From IMG/VR virus record IMGVR_UViG_3300036760_000522, positions 237,551 through 301,550 of that record: a stretch of 64,000 bases of DNA, one strand, 5' to 3'. The first letter of the stretch is position 1; every line of letters starts with the position of its first letter. Below are positions 8,470-18,833 of this stretch, piece by piece. The position numbers and the translations under genes were made by a program. Below the pieces are notes generated by a model. The model saw only the letters and a program-made list of their open reading frames with translations. It made no database searches and was not told the DNA's origin.

Positions 8470-10663
8470 CGGTGAGTGCAGACTCCAAAACCGAGGACAA
8501 AACCGTGTTCCTATTGACCACTTGGTTGTTGTCTACAGCCCGCTGAACAGCTTGCACCGAGCCGATCAACCAAACGCGTTTCCGAGCCCTCGTCACTGCC
8601 GTGTACAGGAGATTGCGCTGCAACATGATGCCCTGTGAAGGCATGATCGGCAAAATAATGTGATCGAATTCCGAGCCTTGACAGCGATGCACGGTGACTG
8701 CGTAAGCCAGCTTCAATTTCTTCGCAGCCTCATGAGGCTCAAAGTCAACCAAGAAAACAGGGCCATCAGGATTTGTGTCGTGTATGCGAACCGACATCGT
8801 ACCGTCACGACCAATCGTTCTCAATGTTCCGACATCCCCATTGTAAACGTTGAGACGGTAGTCATTCGCGATCACCATTACTCGATCGCCCTCTCGAAAT
8901 CGTGTAGCTCCGTGTTTGTACTCGGGCGGTCCTTCAGGATTCAAAGCATCCCGCAAACTCATATTCAAACTGTCGACGCCTATTGTGCCTTTGTACTTGG
9001 GCGACAGGATCTGAAAATTGGCATGCTGATTCTTCAGTTTCACAGCCATATCCACAATCAGCTTCAGGATTGCGTCTTCGCTCTCGAGGGGTTTGAACCG
9101 AAACTCTGAAGTGGCCGCCTGCTGCAAGTTAGGCAATTGCCCACCATGAATCGCGTGTGCCGCCGAGACGATCTCCCCTTTCACAGACTGGCGAAACACC
9201 TCCGTGAGTCTGACCTGTGGAATTTTACTGCAACGAAGCAGCTCACACAAAACGTGGCCCGGTCCGACACTCGGCAACTGGGCGTCGTCGCCGACCAAAA
9301 TCAGCCGTGTTCCAGGGTGCAATGCAACCAAGAGTCGATACAGCAATTCTTGGTCGACCATGGACATCTCGTCCAAAATAACGGCGTCGGCGGTGTAGCG
9401 ACGAAAGGCATTGAAACCCCAGGACTCGCCGTCATAACCAAGAGCTCTGTGTACCGTAGAGGCTGGACGGCCAGTCATCGCTGACAACCGTTTAGCCGCG
9501 ATCCCTGTAGGAGCCATCAATTTCACATTGAGCTTGGCTTCCTCGAGTAAGTGCACAATCGCTCGAGTCGTCTGTGTTTTTCCTGTTCCAGGCAACCCTG
9601 TGATGACCAGTACGTGTTCACGGGCCAAGGTCTCGACTGCTTGTCGTTGTGACGCCGACAACGTCATGTGAGACTTTTCGTAAGCAATCAAAAATGGATC
9701 GAGGTCCACCTTGATCGTCGAGGATGTAACCAGCGATACCAAGTGCTTCGCGGTATCCCGCTCATATCTGTACAAATCGTTCAAGTAGAGACCCGCACGA
9801 TCAATCGTCACCGCCTTTTGACGTGACAAGGCCTTCACCGCTTCGTCAATCGCGCCCTTCTCGTCGGGCTTGTACTCCAACGGTTCCACATCTTCTTGCC
9901 GTGGGAGAGTCTCCAGAATCCGGAGCAACCCTGTTCGACCTAAGTAGAGATGTCCCCGTCGAGAGCCCTCCTGCAAGGCCCACAGAATGGCTCCTTGCAC
10001 ACGTCGAGGATCTGATAGTGCAACCCCTAAATGTAAAGCTACACGGTCAACCCGTGCGAAAGGCAGGAAGCCGATCTCCGTCAACCGATACGGGTTTCCC
10101 AAGATCACTCCAGGGGCTTCAGACCCAAAACGGATCATAGCCGCTTGAGTTTCCGTAGGACTGAGCCCTCCATCCCTCAGCAACACAGACAGGTCTCGTC
10201 GTTGTAGCGCTAGATCCCAAGCCAGTGTGGCGCCGGACAAGGCCTCACGCGTGACAACGTTGTTGGCCAAGTCTGAGATCTCGGATGCTTTTTCGGACAA
10301 AGCGTCAAACGTCTCTTCTTTGTACCGCTCTGCAATCAGACTGACGACGCGATAATCTGCCAACCCGTCGATGCAGCGCAGGAAAAGCACGATCTCTTGC
10401 AAATTCGGCGTGCTCAAGTAATCCCACGTACGAAACGAAAACGCGTCACCGTAGCGCTTGTTACGTGTCCACCTACCAACCAAACGAATCGGGATCCCCT
10501 CGTAAACTGTGGCAAGCCCGTACAGATTGCCCTTGGCTTTTACGGGTCTCCCAGTACCTGCGTCTAGCGACAAAATGTAGTAAGACTCTCGATTGAAAAT
10601 GATCGAGTTGACAACGCCATCAATGACGCTGTCTTCCTTCTTCGACGACTCGTCCTCGAACAC
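8435..10663 (-). CDS. recD2: RecD2-like SF1B helicase
   Basis: N-terminal OB/HhH region, GLPGTGKT, APTGIAAKRL, ILDEMSMVD, VGDDAQLPSVGPG, LTEVFRQ, AYAVTVHRCQGSEF, LLYTAVTRAR. Confidence 0.92.
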   Translation of the reverse strand: MFEDESSKKEDSVIDGVVNSIIFNRESYYILSLDAGTGRPVKAKGNLYGLATVYEGIPIRLVGRWTRNKRYGDAFSFRTWDYLSTPNLQEIVLFLRCIDGLADYRVVSLIAERYKEETFDALSEKASEISDLANNVVTREALSGATLAWDLALQRRDLSVLLRDGGLSPTETQAAMIRFGSEAPGVILGNPYRLTEIGFLPFARVDRVALHLGVALSDPRRVQGAILWALQEGSRRGHLYLGRTGLLRILETLPRQEDVEPLEYKPDEKGAIDEAVKALSRQKAVTIDRAGLYLNDLYRYERDTAKHLVSLVTSSTIKVDLDPFLIAYEKSHMTLSASQRQAVETLAREHVLVITGLPGTGKTQTTRAIVHLLEEAKLNVKLMAPTGIAAKRLSAMTGRPASTVHRALGYDGESWGFNAFRRYTADAVILDEMSMVDQELLYRLLVALHPGTRLILVGDDAQLPSVGPGHVLCELLRCSKIPQVRLTEVFRQSVKGEIVSAAHAIHGGQLPNLQQAATSEFRFKPLESEDAILKLIVDMAVKLKNQHANFQILSPKYKGTIGVDSLNMSLRDALNPEGPPEYKHGATRFREGDRVMVIANDYRLNVYNGDVGTLRTIGRDGTMSVRIHDTNPDGPVFLVDFEPHEAAKKLKLAYAVTVHRCQGSEFDHIILPIMPSQGIMLQRNLLYTAVTRARKRVWLIGSVQAVQRAVDNNQVVNRNTVLSSVLESALTGVVSTGEPRAN

Positions 10664-10666
10664 TGT

Positions 10667-11599
10667 CTATCGATCTATGCTAGGAACCGCGGCCATCGCC
10701 AGCGTATGAAAATGTGTGGGGTCCTTAGCGGTCGTCAAATCCAAATCAAAATTTGGAATCACAGCCTGGGCAATGAGCTTGGCCTTGAACTCGCCAACTT
10801 CACGGTCGGACAAACCGTACACGGCTATCTCCTTGTCGGACATCGAGGCCACTCGTCCCATATTTCCGATAAGGCAATTCATCTCCATGCGACTGAATGT
10901 GACGGCACAACGGGCGTAATCGACCCAAGCCTCGAAGGCCAGCGGTGCAACACAACGAGCTAAACCAGCCTTGACCCGAGCGAATTCCTGTATCTCCCAC
11001 TGAGCGTGTGAGTCCGTCCGCAGAGTCAGGAAATGGAGCAGATTGTGGAGATCAATCTTCCAGTACCACTCCGTATACAAGCCTAGACTGAGAGGAACAC
11101 GAGCAAGCTCCCGAGCGATCTCCTCGGTTAGAGCATCAACGTACCCAGAACTAACGTGGCTGTAGAGCACTTTCCACGTCGACATCCAACGATCATAGGT
11201 TTCACGGTCGGTCTGTTCACTGCGCCCCTGGCGGTTCGCACTGCTCTGTTTTCGGAAGACTTCAAACTCCGGAACGTAGAATTGTAAAGGAGCCAACGAA
11301 TACCGCATTGAGAATTCGTTCACATTTGCCGTGCGATGTCGGATCAACTGACGCGCAACGAAAATCGGCAGTTTCACGTGAAACTTCAACTCCACCATTT
11401 CTAGTGGTGTGGTGTGGTGCTGACGAACCAAATACCGGATTAGGCCACGATCGTCACTTACGGTCTTCGTGCCCGGTCCATAGGAAACCCGAGCAGCCTG
11501 TACGATCGAGGCGTCCCCGCCCATATAGTCGACGAGAGCAACGAACCCGTGATTCAAAACCGGAAAGTACTTGCCTTTGACTTCGTCTGCGGTGGGCAT
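10667..11599 (-). CDS. thyX: FAD-dependent thymidylate synthase
   Basis: RHRTANVNEFSMRYS (RHR-x7-S-x-R), HTTPLE, ELARVPL, LHNLLHFLTLR, HAQWEI. Confidence 0.95.
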   Translation of the reverse strand: MPTADEVKGKYFPVLNHGFVALVDYMGGDASIVQAARVSYGPGTKTVSDDRGLIRYLVRQHHTTPLEMVELKFHVKLPIFVARQLIRHRTANVNEFSMRYSLAPLQFYVPEFEVFRKQSSANRQGRSEQTDRETYDRWMSTWKVLYSHVSSGYVDALTEEIARELARVPLSLGLYTEWYWKIDLHNLLHFLTLRTDSHAQWEIQEFARVKAGLARCVAPLAFEAWVDYARCAVTFSRMEMNCLIGNMGRVASMSDKEIAVYGLSDREVGEFKAKLIAQAVIPNFDLDLTTAKDPTHFHTLAMAAVPSIDR

Positions 11600-11632
11600 G
11601 GGAGCCCTAACACCGGCTCAGAAACCAAGGAT

Positions 11633-12412
11633 TTAGCACAAATCTACGAAAGCAATCTCAGAGATACACGCTGTACCGAGCTTGCGAGCCGCCTGAGCCT
11701 TCGACGACGTTGACTCCGGATCCGACATAACCAAGTACGTGAGACCGCGCACAACGGACGATTTGACCGATGCGCCTGCCTGCTCAGCCAAACGTTCAAG
11801 CTCAGCTCTAGGTCGCGACGACTTGCCTGTGAAGCACACCGACTTGCCTGTGAGCTTACCTGAAGAACGTTCCCGCAAAGAAACTCCAGCCTCCAAAATG
11901 TCATCCACCATGGCGTGGTTCTTTGTCAGCCAAGCGACCAAAGCCTCAGCTCGAGAAGGACCGACGCTTGGCACAGTACACAGCTGATTCGATCGCGCTG
12001 TCCGAAGCTTTTCCACAGTGTAGAAACCCGCCAACACGAGTGCTTCGAATGTGATCTCCCCACAAAGCGGAACACAAAGTGACCCAAGGAACTTGGGTAA
12101 GGAAACAGGTAGCGGGCGACGCAGCTCCGACAATAACTTCCTCGCAGATACCTCTCCCAAGCCAGAAATCCCGACCAAGTCCTCGTACCGAAGCCGGTAC
12201 AGGTCCGCAACAGACTCCACGTGTTTTCCGACGACGAGTTTCTCGATCACGACCTCGCCCCATTCCAAGATCCCAAGCCCTTTGACCCAGCGACGAATTC
12301 GGCCCACCGTTTGAGCCGGGCAATTTTCGACATTGGTGCAGACAAGATGCTCTCCTTCCCAGTGGACAGCGGACTGACACGCTGGACACACTTCAGGAAA
12401 CAATGCCAACAC
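11633..12412 (-). CDS. ligA: NAD-dependent DNA ligase, C-terminal part (Zn finger, HhH, BRCT)
   Basis: FPEVCPACQ..CTN..CPAQ, LGILEWG, GISGLGE, VPSVGP and BRCT LTGKSVCFTG..RAELE..GA..SSV..LTYLV. Confidence 0.9.
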   Translation of the reverse strand: MLALFPEVCPACQSAVHWEGEHLVCTNVENCPAQTVGRIRRWVKGLGILEWGEVVIEKLVVGKHVESVADLYRLRYEDLVGISGLGEVSARKLLSELRRPLPVSLPKFLGSLCVPLCGEITFEALVLAGFYTVEKLRTARSNQLCTVPSVGPSRAEALVAWLTKNHAMVDDILEAGVSLRERSSGKLTGKSVCFTGKSSRPRAELERLAEQAGASVKSSVVRGLTYLVMSDPESTSSKAQAARKLGTACISEIAFVDLC

Positions 12413-13085
12413 CCCTTTCGAAAAAACACAACAACTGATAGTTTACCCACACGGCGTGCATCTCTCGGCTCTCTACATACTTGTGCAAAGCGGACTTTTT
12501 TGCTTGTGTTTTGGGGTTCTTTTCGAGATGGTCTCCCTTAACCTCCCACACCTCGGTTATCCCGTCGGCTAGAACCAGAAAGTCCGGTATGAACCGATAG
12601 CGCACGCCTTCAAATTCGTAAGGTATCGTGAACGGTTCCACTTCATACGATCTAATTAGCAGGGCACGATCAAAAACAGCTGCCATTCTAGCTTCCCACG
12701 TGGATCTAACGTATGCAAATCCACAGATCAATTTGGGGCTCCTGATCAAGATGTGGGCTCCGTACTTGTGCCGAAGATTTGCCTCTGATACTCCGCGGGA
12801 GATCTTGGCACGAATCTCCGGAGTCCGTTCGTACTTCCCCGCGAACCCTAACCCCTTACCCTTACGGTTAGCACACATTTTCGCAATTGACGAGGAACTG
12901 TGACCGCCACTCGTGGGGTTAGAAATCTTCATACGCTCCGATTGCGCTTTTCGAATCCGCTCCGAGCGCAGGAATTCTAGACCAAAAGATGTCTTGAAGT
13001 CTTTAGCTGTGGCGTACCCGTGCGCCCTGATGTGGTTGGTGCTCAAAAACTCAGTCTTCATCCCACAGACCGGACAGACCAGCAT
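12393..13085 (-). CDS. Homing-endonuclease-like protein (C2H2 finger, NUMOD3-like repeats, TnsA-like PD-(D/E)XK domain) inserted in ligA
   Basis: CPVCG..NHIRAH, RTPEIRAKIS, RSTWEARMA..YEVEPFTIPY..FIPDFLV..WEVKG; lies exactly between the two ligase halves. Confidence 0.8.
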   Translation of the reverse strand: MLVCPVCGMKTEFLSTNHIRAHGYATAKDFKTSFGLEFLRSERIRKAQSERMKISNPTSGGHSSSSIAKMCANRKGKGLGFAGKYERTPEIRAKISRGVSEANLRHKYGAHILIRSPKLICGFAYVRSTWEARMAAVFDRALLIRSYEVEPFTIPYEFEGVRYRFIPDFLVLADGITEVWEVKGDHLEKNPKTQAKKSALHKYVESREMHAVWVNYQLLCFFERGVGIVS

Positions 13086-14198
13086 TCAGACCACCTTATG
13101 TATCTTTGGAATCACGTCATTTGCCCTAGACACCAAGATCTTGTCTCCAATCTGAAGGCCTGATGCCCTGAGAAACCCAGCTGAATACAAACTAGCATTC
13201 ACGATAGTGACGCCAACCAACTGCACTGGCTCGAACACAGCCACAGGTGTCAGACGCCCGGTCCCGCCCACCTGCCACTTGACATCCAAGAGCACAGTTT
13301 CACGGGACTGCGGACGGAACTTGAATGCCACGGCAGCACGTGGTCGGCCGTGTAAATCACCCAGCTGACGGTGGAGATCAACGTCATCGTACCGGACCAC
13401 CAGACCGTCTATTTCGTAGTCCAACACGAGCCGCCTGTCGTGATACTTTTCCCAAAAAGACGTGACTTCATCGAGGGCGTAACAGGAGTACCACTCAGGC
13501 ACGTTGAAGCCGAGACTGGTCAGAAACTCGAACTGCCGACTAAACATTGCGGTCTCATGTCCGTCAACGACCTCATAAACCAACACGTTCAAATGTTCGC
13601 ACCCCTGACCATCATAGCGTTTGGCCGTCCCAGACGCAGTGTTGCGGGGATTTGAAGTAGTCGCGAAGTGCTTGGCGTGGTCCGACTTGAACAAAACTAT
13701 TTCGCCACGAACAGTCAGCTGCGAAAGAGAAGGATTTGAGATCCTCCTTGGAACTTTCATGCGGCAAACGTTCGCCGTGATGTCCTCCCCAACAGTGCCG
13801 TCACCACGTGTCAATGCCTGGACGAGCACCCCCTCTTCGTAGCGCAGACTCACAGAAATCCCGTCGAGCTTCGACACCACAACCCACGGTCCATGATTTC
13901 GAATCCCGTCGGACCAACGCTTCAATTCCTCTGGCGTTTGGACCTTGTTGAGAGATCCCATGACAAAATCATGTCGCACCTTGGACCAATTCGAAACCGG
14001 TGGCGCTCCAACAGCCTTCAACTCTGCACTAGCAGGTGCAAGCGTTCGGAGTTCGTCACACCACGAATCGTACGTTTCGTCGTCAACGACCGGTACTACA
14101 CTGTAGTAGGCGACACGAGCCTCACGAATACGCCCCTCTAATACCTGTACTCTATTCGTCGTCACGTGATGTGTGATCATCGGAAAATGGTAACCCAA
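13086..14198 (-). CDS. ligA: NAD-dependent DNA ligase, N-terminal part (adenylation and OB domains)
   Basis: DETYD, HDFVMGSLNK, SKLDG (KxDG), TRGDGTVGEDIT, VRGEI, NPRN, EIDGLVV, AVAFKF, GRLTPVA, RANDVIPK. Confidence 0.93.
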   Translation of the reverse strand: MGYHFPMITHHVTTNRVQVLEGRIREARVAYYSVVPVVDDETYDSWCDELRTLAPASAELKAVGAPPVSNWSKVRHDFVMGSLNKVQTPEELKRWSDGIRNHGPWVVVSKLDGISVSLRYEEGVLVQALTRGDGTVGEDITANVCRMKVPRRISNPSLSQLTVRGEIVLFKSDHAKHFATTSNPRNTASGTAKRYDGQGCEHLNVLVYEVVDGHETAMFSRQFEFLTSLGFNVPEWYSCYALDEVTSFWEKYHDRRLVLDYEIDGLVVRYDDVDLHRQLGDLHGRPRAAVAFKFRPQSRETVLLDVKWQVGGTGRLTPVAVFEPVQLVGVTIVNASLYSAGFLRASGLQIGDKILVSRANDVIPKIHKVV

Positions 14199-14406
14199 GC
14201 GGCACCCTCACGTCAAACAAGGGTGTGTCACTTGTGTCAAATCCGTCCGGTAAGAGAGCCTCACCGTCCAAGATCTCCATAACCGAGACCCGCACAGTTC
14301 GACCCACCAAACCTTGAAGAATCCCAGTAAGATCTCCACTCAGGGCGCCTTCAACCGCGAAACGTCCGCCTTCAAGAACTCCTAGTTGTCCTTCCAAAAG
14401 ACGCAT
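14152..14406 (-). CDS. Hypothetical protein
   Basis: ATG overlaps the nrdB stop; 84 aa; overlaps the annotated ligA start. Confidence 0.4.
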   Translation of the reverse strand: MRLLEGQLGVLEGGRFAVEGALSGDLTGILQGLVGRTVRVSVMEILDGEALLPDGFDTSDTPLFDVRVPLGLPFSDDHTSRDDE

Positions 14407-15431
14407 CAGAAATCCTCCACAAAAGACACAGATCCGGTAACACCAACTTGGTACGACGCTACGCGACGCTCGAAAAAATTCGTGACTTCTTGAACATCCT
14501 GAAGAGCCATAAAGCCGAGCGGGTTTTTGGTGCCGTACTGAGGTTCAAGATCAAGCTGTGTGAGACGCTGGTCGGCCATGAACTCTAAGTAGCCCCGCAA
14601 GTCTCGGTAGGACAGCCCTGCCACGCCTGAGTCCAGGACGTCATGTGCAAACTGTGATTCAGCTTCCACAGCCTCCTGAACCATGGTCCGGACTGACGCT
14701 ACCAACTCACTGTCGAACAGTTCGGGTTCCTCTTCCCGTATGACTTTGACGATGTCGAACGCGAACCGTATGTGGCAGCTCTCATCGCGAAACACCCAGT
14801 TGGTGCCTGTCGCAAGTCCGTGTAGCAGGCCCCGGTCTCGAAGGTAGTAAACGTACGCAAACGCACCGAAGAAGAACAACCCTTCGACGCACGCAGCGAA
14901 AGCGATCAAGTTCAGAAGGAACTGCCGGCGCAACGAACGGTCGGACAACTTCTGGACGGACGCCATGGAGTTTGTCCAGCGAAAGCAAAATTCCGCCTTC
15001 TTTGCAATAGACGGAATGTTCTCCACTGCGGCGAACGCTCGGGCCCGGGCATCGTAGTCCGCAATGTAGGTGTCCAACAGGGTCAAGTAGAACTGAACGT
15101 GGAGGGCTTCCTCGTACAACTGGCGGGACAGGTACAGGCGGGCCTCAGGAGCGTTCAGGTGGCGGTACAGGGATAGGACCAGGTTGTTGGACACGATCGT
15201 GTCCCCGGTCGCGAAAAACGCTACCAGGCGCTCCACGATGTGTCTCTGACCGGTTGAGAGGCGCCCCAGGACATCCACGTCCCCCGCGAAGTCAACCTCC
15301 TCGACCGTCCAGGTGTTCTTGATAGCGTCCCGGTACTGGTCGTAAAAACGCGGATAAACCATCGGCCGTAGGGTGAGACACAGGCCGGGGTCCAACAACC
15401 GGGCCGGCCGTCGATATTCGGTCACTGACAA
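14406..15431 (-). CDS. nrdB: Class Ia ribonucleotide reductase beta subunit
   Basis: FFATGD, EEALHVQFY, CVEGLFFFGAF, RDESCH and C-terminal NFFERRV. Confidence 0.95.
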   Translation of the reverse strand: MSVTEYRRPARLLDPGLCLTLRPMVYPRFYDQYRDAIKNTWTVEEVDFAGDVDVLGRLSTGQRHIVERLVAFFATGDTIVSNNLVLSLYRHLNAPEARLYLSRQLYEEALHVQFYLTLLDTYIADYDARARAFAAVENIPSIAKKAEFCFRWTNSMASVQKLSDRSLRRQFLLNLIAFAACVEGLFFFGAFAYVYYLRDRGLLHGLATGTNWVFRDESCHIRFAFDIVKVIREEEPELFDSELVASVRTMVQEAVEAESQFAHDVLDSGVAGLSYRDLRGYLEFMADQRLTQLDLEPQYGTKNPLGFMALQDVQEVTNFFERRVASYQVGVTGSVSFVEDF

Positions 15432-17848
15432 GCCTCACAAGAACCGCTGTAGGCATTTTCGATGGAACACGACAAAACACCAGGCTCTACGTCCGCGATG
15501 TGTCCGTTCCCGCCGTGACCGTTCGTATACCCGCTCCCACTACTGTGGCCATTCCCGTTTTTGGGTGGGACTGTTGTTGTTTTCGCAATCCTAGTAGCCG
15601 GGCGAGATCGTAAGTAATACGTGGTCTTGAGACCTGACTTCCAAGCGTACATATACATACTCGACGCTCGACCTATGTCCGGGTTCTCCATGAACAGATT
15701 GAGAGACTGACTCTGGTCGATGTAGGGACCTCGTGCAGCGGCAAGATCGATCAGGGATCTCTGCGAGAGTTCCCAAGCCGTCCGATAAAGCACTCGCAGG
15801 TCACCAGGGATTTCTGCGATGTCGTGCACAGACCCGTCAGCAGCCTTGATACGATCCCGCACATCCTCGGTCCAAAGACCGAGACGTTTGAGATCGGACG
15901 CCAAGTACGCATTGACCTGCAAAAACTCTCCGCTCAAGGTCTCCCGCTTAAACAGGTTGGAGACTTGGGGTTCCAAACATTCACAGCACCCTGCAATCGA
16001 AGCAATCGTGGCAGTCGGAGCAATGGCAATCAGTAACGAGTTTCGTAGCCCGACCTTCTGAATGCGTTGAGACAAAGCACTCCATCGAGCAGTGTCAGAC
16101 GGTGTGACTCCCCAAGCGTCAAACTGTAGCTCCCCTTGCGAAGTCCGAGTTTCTGCAAAAGCTGGATGTTGTCCAAGTTCCTCCGCCAGATCAGCCGACG
16201 CCGACAAGGCGTGGTAGTAGATCTCTTCCGAGATCTTAGTTGAAAGACACAAGGCTTCAGGGGAGTCGAACGGCAAACGAAGCGAGAAAAAGACATCCTG
16301 TAAACCCATGAATCCCAACCCCACAGGTCGCCAACGTCGATTGGATGTTTTGGCCTTTTCAACAGGATAGAAATTCAAATCGATCACACGATCCAACTGA
16401 CGGATAGCTGAGCGGACCGTTCGGCCCAAGGCTTCAAAGTCAAACGCAGTCGCAGATAAATGACGCGACAGGTTGATCGATCCGAGATTGCAGACCGCAG
16501 TTGCATCACTTGAGGTCACTTCCAAAATCTCTGTGCACAAATTTGAAAGGTGCACAGTCCCGCCCTTGTAAGTCTGGTTGCAGGCGCGATTACTCTTGTC
16601 TTTGAACGTGAACCATCCGTTCCCTGTCTCAGCCAACGTACGCAACATTCGAGTGTACAGATCTCGGGCTTTGATGGTCTTCAGAGCCAAACCGTCCATC
16701 TCGGCTATCGCGTAGGCGGCATCAAAATCCGTTCCCCACAAGTCTGTCAAATGAGGGACGCGTTTCGGGTCAAACAGACTCCAGTCAAGGTCCTCCTCGA
16801 CTCGTCGCATGAACAAGTCCGGGATCCAATTCGCCAAATGCAAATTCGGAGTCCGCCTCGAAGGATCCCCAGTGCCGTCACGCAGCTCGAGGAACTCAAG
16901 AATGTCCGCGTGCCAGGACTCCAAATACACTGCACAAGCCCCCTTGCGCTTGCCACCCTGATTCACTGCGGCAACCGACGCGTCGAGTGTCTTCAGCCAA
17001 GGTATGACGCCGTTCGAATAGCCGTTCGTGCTCGCAATCAAACTACCCCTTGACCGTACCCTTGTGTACGAGATTCCGATCCCGCCAGAGAATTTGCTCA
17101 GCTGTGCCACAGCAGCATAGGAATCGTAGATGCTCTGCAAGGAGTCCTGAGGTGAATCGAGAAGAAAACAGGACGACAATTGCTCGTGACACGTACCTGC
17201 ATTGAAAAGAGTCGGAGAACTAGGCAGGTACGAAAGCGTCGAGAACAAACGGTAGAACTCGAGAGCCTCCGCAGTCGACTTAGCAAGGGCACACGCAATG
17301 CGCATGAAGAAGTGCTGCGGGGTTTCGATGACTTTGCGCGTCTCCGGGTGACGCAACAAATAGCGGTCATACAACGTGCGAAGCCCAAAGTACTCAAACT
17401 CTGACGTACGCTCAGGCACAATGTTCATGTTGTATTTGCGCTTCGACTGATCAACAAACTTGACCAGCCGGGAACTGATCAGCCCCAACTGATGACCAAT
17501 TGAGACTGATTGGGAAAACGAGGAGATGTCTTGACCGGTTACCTCTTTGTCGATGTAAACTGAAAGCAGTCTAGCAGCCAGCTTGGAGTACTCCGGCTCC
17601 TCAACGATAAGACTGCTTGCTGTTCGAATCGACAACTCGTCAAGCTCCTGTGTAGTTGCACGGTCGTACAGACCGCCTATGGTCTTGAGTGCAACACGCA
17701 ACGTGTCTACTGAAGTCAAACCTGTTGCAGATCGTGTGACGGCACGAACGATCTTGTTTACATCTACAGGCTCAGCCGTGCCGTCACGTTTGACGACACA
17801 CATCTGTGTTTGAACGTTCGAATCTGCAATCTGAATTTGTGGTTCCAT
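15422..17848 (-). CDS. nrdA: Class Ia ribonucleotide reductase alpha subunit with ATP cone
   Basis: VVKRDGT ATP cone, SSPTLFNAGT, QLSSCFL, NLCTEI, VCNLGSINL, IAPTATIA, GLKTTYYLRS and C-terminal CEACQ. Confidence 0.97.
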   Translation of the reverse strand: MEPQIQIADSNVQTQMCVVKRDGTAEPVDVNKIVRAVTRSATGLTSVDTLRVALKTIGGLYDRATTQELDELSIRTASSLIVEEPEYSKLAARLLSVYIDKEVTGQDISSFSQSVSIGHQLGLISSRLVKFVDQSKRKYNMNIVPERTSEFEYFGLRTLYDRYLLRHPETRKVIETPQHFFMRIACALAKSTAEALEFYRLFSTLSYLPSSPTLFNAGTCHEQLSSCFLLDSPQDSLQSIYDSYAAVAQLSKFSGGIGISYTRVRSRGSLIASTNGYSNGVIPWLKTLDASVAAVNQGGKRKGACAVYLESWHADILEFLELRDGTGDPSRRTPNLHLANWIPDLFMRRVEEDLDWSLFDPKRVPHLTDLWGTDFDAAYAIAEMDGLALKTIKARDLYTRMLRTLAETGNGWFTFKDKSNRACNQTYKGGTVHLSNLCTEILEVTSSDATAVCNLGSINLSRHLSATAFDFEALGRTVRSAIRQLDRVIDLNFYPVEKAKTSNRRWRPVGLGFMGLQDVFFSLRLPFDSPEALCLSTKISEEIYYHALSASADLAEELGQHPAFAETRTSQGELQFDAWGVTPSDTARWSALSQRIQKVGLRNSLLIAIAPTATIASIAGCCECLEPQVSNLFKRETLSGEFLQVNAYLASDLKRLGLWTEDVRDRIKAADGSVHDIAEIPGDLRVLYRTAWELSQRSLIDLAAARGPYIDQSQSLNLFMENPDIGRASSMYMYAWKSGLKTTYYLRSRPATRIAKTTTVPPKNGNGHSSGSGYTNGHGGNGHIADVEPGVLSCSIENAYSGSCEACQ

Positions 17849-17855
17849 TGTGTCC

Positions 17856-18833
17856 TCACGCAGTCGCCGAAAGTACAGCCAATTCGACCAGCGTTCTCTT
17901 GGAACGGGCCGACCCTTTGATTTGGGATTCGAGTTTGCATAGGATTTTCATTTGACCAACCAACGCACCTTGAGTGTGTCGGCTGGTTAACGGAATCACG
18001 TTCATTTTGCAGGCGTACTCTTTTTGGCCCAAACGTGCCGCAATCACAGAAATAGAGTCGCTACGATCAAGCAAGTGTTTCGCCAGAAGCAAGCGCTCAA
18101 CTTGCTTCATCCAAGAAAATACAACAGGGACCCAAGCGGAATCCCCCATGTGGAGGTAGAGTCTGGAGATCAGATTCATCGCCTTGCCCGCGTCCCTCAG
18201 CATCACGGCGTCTGCGACCTGATAAGGTTCAACAGGTATCGCAGGGGACGCCACCAACATGACTTGGCGCAGACTGACAACTTCCTTGGGCTGTACCAGG
18301 CATTGAAGTTTCTTCAATTCATTCACAACAGCACGAAGGTTGTCACCATGAAACGCAAACAGTTTGTGCGCTACACCATCTGCCAATTTCAAACCAAGGT
18401 CTGTCGCCTCGTCTGTGATGCGCTGAACAGTCTTGTCACGTTCCCATGGTTTGAACTTCGAGATCGCCACCTTCTCAGCAAGAACTGCTACCTCGGACCA
18501 ACCGCCAGACAATTTGTCGGATCTGTAGAGAGCCACCAATGACATCGAGGCGGAATCAAATGCCCCGGACAAGTATGAAATGAACCCCTTGCCAAGCTTC
18601 AGCTCTTGCGCATTGTCGACAACGACGATGCGGGATCCGCTTTCAAAGAGAGGTGGTGTCTCACACAAAGTATGCAGAGACTCACTCGTCGTCGTGGATC
18701 CGTCCACGTAAGTAACGACCCTGTTTTTGCTCTTCCACAGAAACCGCTTGGTCTCGAATACCTTGTCTATCAGGTAATCCTCATCGCCATAAACGAGGAG
18801 GAACGGGCGCGTCTTTCTTTTGACAGCCATCAC
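17856..18833 (-). CDS. holA: DNA polymerase III delta subunit-like clamp-loader protein
   Basis: LLVYGDEDYLI, PPLF..RIVVVDNA, GDNLRAVVNELKKL; size and adjacency to holB fit. Confidence 0.7.
   Translation of the reverse strand: MMAVKRKTRPFLLVYGDEDYLIDKVFETKRFLWKSKNRVVTYVDGSTTTSESLHTLCETPPLFESGSRIVVVDNAQELKLGKGFISYLSGAFDSASMSLVALYRSDKLSGGWSEVAVLAEKVAISKFKPWERDKTVQRITDEATDLGLKLADGVAHKLFAFHGDNLRAVVNELKKLQCLVQPKEVVSLRQVMLVASPAIPVEPYQVADAVMLRDAGKAMNLISRLYLHMGDSAWVPVVFSWMKQVERLLLAKHLLDRSDSISVIAARLGQKEYACKMNVIPLTSRHTQGALVGQMKILCKLESQIKGSARSKRTLVELAVLSATA

Noticed and set aside
12393-13088. Canonical group I intron or intein in ligA
   Set aside because: The endonuclease ORF fills the whole insertion, I could not identify an intron core, and a stop codon plus frame change excludes an intein.
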